From positions 1 through 38,849 of IMG/VR virus record IMGVR_UViG_3300022181_000004: a stretch of 38,849 nucleotides of DNA. One strand, given 5' to 3'. Numbering within the stretch: position 1 is the first letter of the stretch; each line of letters begins with the position of its first letter. This DNA is from a virus. Its lineage: Duplodnaviria > Caudoviricetes. The translations under genes and the position numbers were made by a program. Under the pieces are notes generated by a model that worked only from the letters and a program-made list of their open reading frames with translations, was not told where the DNA came from and did no database searches. Positions 34,361 to 38,849 of this stretch are shown one piece after another.

Positions 34361-35079
34361 TGTCTGCCCTTCTTTCTCCACTCTTCCATGGCTCGAAGGC
34401 GTTCCTGTTCCGCTGCATCAATGTTCGGCGCTCTCGGCTGCCGGTTATTGCCCTTTAGCACGCCTTCAACGTAAGAAAGTTTAACGGCATTATTCCGTAC
34501 AGCCTCGGTAATGGCAAATTTCATCCTGTCATAGCCGTATTGGTCAAATAACTCGGCAATCAACTCATTCTCTTTGTAGCTGGAACATTTACCGCTGGCT
34601 TGCTCCCATTCGCGATATATTTTGCCGAGATTATCATCAAGTGGCACAGGAATTGCTTCACGCGCGGTAGTAGTAGTCGTAGTAGTAATAATATCTTTTT
34701 CAATATCAATATCAGAATCAAAATCAATATCGGGTTTTTTGGGTTCTTGAAATAACCGTTCGGTTTTTTGGGTTTCTTCTATAACCGTTTGGTTTTCTTT
34801 GTGGTTTGGTTGATCTTCAGCGGCCTTAACAGGTCTTCCGCCCATCCGTCCATTGTTGCGGTTTTTTTGGCATTTCTTTTCCCACTCTTTACGGTCTTTG
34901 TCCAGTCTCAACCTAATAGCAAGAAACGCCATTTGTACTTTGCCGGTTAGCTCCAACTTAACCCCGTCACGATCATAGGCAATAATAGCTGGTATCAATT
35001 GCCCTATTTCCTCGCCAGTTAGCTCAGCAAAATATTCCGCATATTCATAGTGAAAAATGAATGATGTGCGATCTCCCAT
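34357..35079 (-). CDS. Replication initiator/replisome organiser (DUF6291-like N-terminus, DnaD-like C-terminus)
   Basis: SFIFH......L..EEIGQL..AI..Y, KCQKNR.NG..GGRP, AI.EAV......LSYVEGVL. Confidence 0.85.
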   Translation of the reverse strand: MGDRTSFIFHYEYAEYFAELTGEEIGQLIPAIIAYDRDGVKLELTGKVQMAFLAIRLRLDKDRKEWEKKCQKNRNNGRMGGRPVKAAEDQPNHKENQTVIEETQKTERLFQEPKKPDIDFDSDIDIEKDIITTTTTTTAREAIPVPLDDNLGKIYREWEQASGKCSSYKENELIAELFDQYGYDRMKFAITEAVRNNAVKLSYVEGVLKGNNRQPRAPNIDAAEQERLRAMEEWRKKGRQ

Positions 35080-35112
35080 TAGCCATTCCTCTCGATAAAG
35101 CGGTATATTTGC

Positions 35113-35685
35113 TTACGCTGCCCATCGCTGCACTAAAGCTGCCAGTTTAGCCGGTGGCATCGTTTCTATATCTTGCTGCTGGCACTCCTGGATGATAAGC
35201 TCAATGAGTTTGCTCATTTGGGCGGTGTCGTAGGTACTGCTGCCATAGTAGCAGTACAGGTGCGTGAAGCCTTTGTTTTTGTCGATCAGGACAGTTGGCC
35301 AGCCAAGCCCATTGCTTTCCCATGCAGCCCGGTAACGCGTCACGGCTTCGTCTTTAATCCAAACATCGTCAAAGCAGCTTTCGTCGCCCATGGCCTGTAC
35401 AAGATCGCGGTATATCTCAATAGGGGGGAGGGCAAGCACATCACTGAGCTTATGGATTAATACCCATGCATAAGAATTGGCGTCGCGGCTGCGTTTATCG
35501 TGCCACTTGTCCAGCATAACAGCCAGAGGCTTATTCTGCCGTAGGAGGCTATTGGCCTCAGCAATGTACCTTTGCGCCTCCCAGGCTGAATTTGTAGGTA
35601 GCTCGAACGTAAGGAAGAGCTTGTCTTTTTCTATGTAGGTTCGGGCCGATAAAGCTTTCAGTTTACCAATCATAGTGCTAACCAC
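35113..35685 (-). CDS. NinB/Orf-like recombination accessory protein
   Basis: KRSRDANSYAWVL..KL, GSSTYDTAQMSKLIE.I..EC....IET; start may be 35673. Confidence 0.6.
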   Translation of the reverse strand: MVSTMIGKLKALSARTYIEKDKLFLTFELPTNSAWEAQRYIAEANSLLRQNKPLAVMLDKWHDKRSRDANSYAWVLIHKLSDVLALPPIEIYRDLVQAMGDESCFDDVWIKDEAVTRYRAAWESNGLGWPTVLIDKNKGFTHLYCYYGSSTYDTAQMSKLIELIIQECQQQDIETMPPAKLAALVQRWAA

Positions 35686-36281
35686 TTCTCCTCATAAAGG
35701 GGCAACAGCCCCATCGAACGGATTGATTCAATGAACTCGGCAACGATCTCCCGGATATCGCGTGTCTGATGACGGAGATAGGATTCGGTAAACATATCTT
35801 CACCGTCCGATATGAGATAGCGGAATTCCCGGGCTTCTGGCACCAGCGTGAAGTATGCTGGGTGCTGGGGACTGCCGATGTATTTCCCAACCTCATAACT
35901 GTCGGAAAACTTAATATCAAAAATCACACCGGCCTTGAGGGCGTCCAATTTGCCGTAAAGGACAAACGACTTGCCGCCTAAGTTGATTACAACAGATGGT
36001 GGAACGACCTGTATCTGGGCACCCCCTAGCGCAGTTGCAACAGCCAGAATTCCGGCTTCCCATTGGCGGTGCGGGGTTCGCTGTGCGCCGGCCAATTCGT
36101 TGTAGACCTCGCGCTCAAATTCGATGCCGTTAAGCATTGCGTCAGTAGGCATGGTGGGTTCGCGCCGAAGCGTTTGCAGGAAGCCCTCCATGGCTTCGTC
36201 TTCCTTGCCTTCCCAACAGTTAAATAAATAATTCCAGGAAGACAGAAGGCTTTGCGTGACAAGGAAACGGCCGGCGGTCAT
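35670..36281 (-). CDS. PD-(D/E)xK-like nuclease (start MTAGRF)
   Basis: M..GIEFE, LYGKLDAL....IFDIKF, QHPAY; next to the Sak4-like gene. Confidence 0.7.
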   Translation of the reverse strand: MTAGRFLVTQSLLSSWNYLFNCWEGKEDEAMEGFLQTLRREPTMPTDAMLNGIEFEREVYNELAGAQRTPHRQWEAGILAVATALGGAQIQVVPPSVVINLGGKSFVLYGKLDALKAGVIFDIKFSDSYEVGKYIGSPQHPAYFTLVPEAREFRYLISDGEDMFTESYLRHQTRDIREIVAEFIESIRSMGLLPLYEEKWLAL

Positions 36282-36282
36282 A

Positions 36283-37227
36283 TTATTGAGCCTCCGGCTG
36301 ATAGGTTTTTTGTGCCTTATTCCAGACAAATCCAAGCTCTGCTGTCTTTGCCTTTAACATGGCGGAAGCTTCTTTCATAGAGGTAAGGGCATGCTTAAAG
36401 GCGGGGATGCTGACGGCTGCTGCGTTAGCTTCTTCCACGGTCGTAATTCCGTCGATGATCTCATATACTTCCGCCATGACAGTTTCGTAGCGCTCTTTTT
36501 CCGGAGCGAATGCCTCGACCTCGGCAGCGATATTGGCGCGGGCCTCAGCAAATAAGCGGGTCAGGAAATCGTTCTTGTCGTTCATTCCCAGTATTGGGAT
36601 TTCCCGACGGCCTTCAATGCCATAGCAACCCTTGGCGAAAAATTCTTCCTCGGGTGTAAAGGTTATGTAGCGTTTATTGCCGATCATCTGCATATAGCAA
36701 CCCAAATCGCAAGGCTGCCATACCAGATTGCGGGCGGCGCCTTCACATTGAAGCCGTTGCAAGTGGTTGCCGTCCTTGTCCTTTTCCTCCACGGAATGAA
36801 AAACATAGATCACGTTTTTGTTCATCACGTTCAGAACCATGCCAGTGAAACGGGAGAACTCGGACTTGACGGCGCCGAAGCCACTCTGGCTGATCGCGCC
36901 GTTCTTTTTCTTATTAACGGCTGGGTTGGTGCGCATGGCCCATTCTTGGAGAAACGTAATAAAGCTGCCGCCGGTATCTATAATGAGTGTCTGGCAGTCC
37001 CGGACCTCTGAACTCTGAATGTCGCTCTGTACTTCTTCGTAGGTGTCGCAAAAAATAGTCGTTTTCCGGTGATAAGCCTTGACCCGGGATACGCCGCGGT
37101 CAAAGTCGATCAGCACCGGGTCGGGTGCGGACAAAGCTAGGGTAGTTTTGCCCAAGCCGGGGGAACCAAACAAAATCATGGAGAATTTCTTATCCGAAAA
37201 AGACATTTCATCGGGGTGCTTGATCAT
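36283..37227 (-). CDS. AAA_24 / Sak4-like ATPase (phage recombinase)
   Basis: LFGSPGLGKTTLALSAPDPVLIDFDRG, TLIIDT, YVFH, D...YM. Confidence 0.85.
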   Translation of the reverse strand: MIKHPDEMSFSDKKFSMILFGSPGLGKTTLALSAPDPVLIDFDRGVSRVKAYHRKTTIFCDTYEEVQSDIQSSEVRDCQTLIIDTGGSFITFLQEWAMRTNPAVNKKKNGAISQSGFGAVKSEFSRFTGMVLNVMNKNVIYVFHSVEEKDKDGNHLQRLQCEGAARNLVWQPCDLGCYMQMIGNKRYITFTPEEEFFAKGCYGIEGRREIPILGMNDKNDFLTRLFAEARANIAAEVEAFAPEKERYETVMAEVYEIIDGITTVEEANAAAVSIPAFKHALTSMKEASAMLKAKTAELGFVWNKAQKTYQPEAQ

Positions 37228-37250
37228 CAGGTGATCGCTCCTTTCGTATC

Positions 37251-37424
37251 TCAGCCGTTAGCCCGGTATACCGCTCCTTTTGTCATCTCAAGCTCATACA
37301 CCAGGGCAGTTAGAGCGCACTCATTATGCGTTGCCATCCACCAGGCGCACCGCTCTTTGGAACATACATACCACTGGCCTTCGCTATCGGTGCTCATAGG
37401 GCACAGCTTAGTATCACCAGTCAT
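37251..37424 (-). CDS. Small Cys-containing protein (57 aa, not in ORF track)
   Basis: KLCPM...C..ERCAWW....ECAL pattern; RBS AAGGAGGG. Confidence 0.6.
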   Translation of the reverse strand: MTGDTKLCPMSTDSEGQWYVCSKERCAWWMATHNECALTALVYELEMTKGAVYRANG

Positions 37425-37719
37425 AGTTCTTGCCCTCCTTCGTCATATGGCAGATAAACGCCAGGTTACACGCCGCATGCTTGTAGTGCTCTATCCCGCT
37501 TTCCTCGTCTACACTGGCCGGGTCCTCTGCCATAGCCAGGGCGTGGCGCAAGAAAGCGTCTATGTACCGGGGCAATTCCACTTGTCGCCAGCTCTCCGGG
37601 TCGTGGTATTTCTGGTTGCCATACTCCCGTACCTGGGCAATGTCCCAGATAATCTGCATTGGCACCAGCGAAAGTCTGGGCTTTCTGGCATCTTCTTTAA
37701 TCGTTTGATCATTTTTCAT
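37414..37719 (-). CDS. dATP/dGTP diphosphohydrolase-domain protein (DUF5664-like)
   Basis: K.D..KPRLSLVP......A.V..YG..KY....W......Y.DA..RH......D.ESG..H..HAACNLAF. Confidence 0.85.
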   Translation of the reverse strand: MKNDQTIKEDARKPRLSLVPMQIIWDIAQVREYGNQKYHDPESWRQVELPRYIDAFLRHALAMAEDPASVDEESGIEHYKHAACNLAFICHMTKEGKNYDW

Positions 37720-37865
37720 AAAGGCTCTCCTATTTCTTCATACATCCCCCCGCAAGCTGGACAGACCTGGATGGGTTCGTAATCCGGGCGACCCCATATT
37801 TCCCGATTTTCTCGGTCGAGAGCGGGGGAATCAAACTCATAATTACAGCAGATGCACTTATACAT
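37716..37865 (-). CDS. Small zinc-ribbon protein (49 aa, not in ORF track)
   Basis: MYKCICCNYEFDSP...VCPACGGMYEE; ATGA overlap with the next gene. Confidence 0.7.
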   Translation of the reverse strand: MYKCICCNYEFDSPALDRENREIWGRPDYEPIQVCPACGGMYEEIGEPL

Positions 37866-38109
37866 GGCTTGTCCCTCTGTAACTGATTTTGGCATGCACC
37901 ATACGACGGCTGATCTCTGTGTATACCATGTCTATCAATAAATGGGGGTATATCTCAGCTTCATTTTGCATAGCTTCCAATTCGCCATCGGACATACCGA
38001 GTAACAAGGTCTTTAATAATGGAGTAAAGAAGTGCTCAGTATATTTAGCTGCACAATCATCACATAGTTTCATATCGCCGCTATCGGCAGAGCATTTCTC
38101 ACACAGCAT
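37858..38109 (-). CDS. Hypothetical protein
   Basis: CEKC...LCDDC; RBS AGGAGGT. Confidence 0.65.
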   Translation of the reverse strand: MLCEKCSADSGDMKLCDDCAAKYTEHFFTPLLKTLLLGMSDGELEAMQNEAEIYPHLLIDMVYTEISRRMVHAKISYRGTSHV

Positions 38110-38530
38110 GGGACACCTCCTGAGCTTTGCTCGCGTTAATGTATTCCCGCACTATGCAGGTGAGCAAATCCTGCATAGTATTAAAACCATCGGCTATCAT
38201 GCGCTCCTGCAGCGTGGCGTATTCATCATCTTCCAGCCGGCAAGAAATGCGGCAGTTGAGACGGTGTTTGCCGTACCGGGGCCCGAGTGATACCGCTACC
38301 GATGTTGGCAATGGTGACGGAGCCGGGGCCTGGAGACGCTCCGGAGCAAACTCTCTCAGTAGCGCCTCCATAGCATCGGGCCTGAGCTGTATGCCGTACT
38401 TTTGGCCGCGCTCGCATTTGCTTTGCAAATATTTGTCATATCTCTCATAACCAAGACCTCGCACTACGGCGATAATAGCCTTGGCTTGTATCCCGCAGCT
38501 CGTACGAAGCTCGCGCAGATCCTCGGCCAT
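38099..38530 (-). CDS. Putative DNA-binding protein (start MAEDLR)
   Basis: LRELR...YDKYLQSKCE....YGI.L and a C-terminal RISCRL...Y..LQ.....GF.T.QD.L (RHH-like); RBS AAGGAGG. Confidence 0.65.
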   Translation of the reverse strand: MAEDLRELRTSCGIQAKAIIAVVRGLGYERYDKYLQSKCERGQKYGIQLRPDAMEALLREFAPERLQAPAPSPLPTSVAVSLGPRYGKHRLNCRISCRLEDDEYATLQERMIADGFNTMQDLLTCIVREYINASKAQEVSHAV

Positions 38531-38553
38531 TTGACAACCTCCTTCCGTTGTGC

Positions 38554-38582
38554 TTGACAATCAGCGTGAAAACTGCTACATT
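38554..38582 (+). promoter_or_regulatory. sigmaA-like promoter antisense to the early operon
   Basis: TTGACA-17 nt-TACATT with an extended -10 TG. Confidence 0.55.
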
Positions 38583-38604
38583 GTCAGTAGGTACTTTTGT
38601 GTGG

Positions 38605-38638
38605 GGCCGTTCCCGTGGCTGCGGGAGCGGCCTTTTTA
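38605..38638 (+). terminator. Intrinsic terminator on the plus strand
   Basis: GGCCGTTCCCG-tggctg-CGGGAGCGGCC-TTTTT. Confidence 0.75.
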
Positions 38639-38654
38639 TGTGCGCCTAATGTCT

Positions 38655-38849
38655 TCATTGATCGTCTCTCTTTTCTATCCACTCACCACACATCAAGTTT
38701 GCAGGCTTGACTTTTGAAATCACTTGTCTATATGTGGTGTTTGTGATCCTTGCCCGCAGGCCAGCATAAATACCAAATTCCTCGCCAGCCTTGATGCCAC
38801 TGCCAGCCTTGATGCCCCAGCCAGCCTCGATGCCACTGCCAGCCTCGAT
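38655..38849 (-). CDS. 3' part of a hexapeptide-repeat protein, GI(E/K)AG(W/S), running off the window
   Basis: Open frame IEAGSGIEAGWGIKAGSGIKAGEEFGIYAGLR...; 18-bp tandem DNA repeats at about 38784-38849. Confidence 0.75.
   Translation of the reverse strand: MEAGSGIEAGWGIKAGSGIKAGEEFGIYAGLRARITNTTYRQVISKVKPANLMCGEWIEKRDDQ

Larger units (their letters stand above)
892..38849 (-). mobile_element. Temperate siphovirus prophage (HK97-type head, probable cos packaging); right end outside the window
   Basis: Collinear replication, late regulator, packaging, head, tail and lysis modules, bounded on the left by an att core. Confidence 0.95.

Overview
Almost the whole window (~892-38849) is one temperate siphovirus prophage of a probable spore-forming Clostridia/Bacillota host, with nearly all genes on the minus strand. 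Its left boundary is a displaced 3' fragment of a tmRNA/tRNA-like gene (892-919, att core) with tandem arm-like repeats just inside it. From the right end inward it carries: early, recombination and replication genes (Sak4-like ATPase, nuclease, DnaD-type initiator, RusA, YopX, two nucleotide pyrophosphohydrolases); a RinA/ArpU-like late regulator; HNH, a candidate cos and terminases; an HK97-type head; a long non-contractile tail with a -1 frameshifted chaperone; two candidate receptor-binding branches, one a 7-blade Kelch propeller; holins; and a CHAP endolysin. Integrase and repressor lie beyond the right edge. The most striking region is the accessory operon between the lysin and att. A sigmaE-like (mother-cell sporulation) promoter precedes a small RHH-like protein, a soluble FtsK/SpoIIIE ATPase, a replication-relaxation protein and two SpoIIIAC/AD-like membrane proteins, with a cluster of inverted repeats upstream. 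I hypothesise that this is a sporulation-coupled phage DNA transfer system. Left of att are an IS256 transposase fragment fused to a serine-recombinase remnant. All family calls come from motif recognition by eye; no database searches were run.
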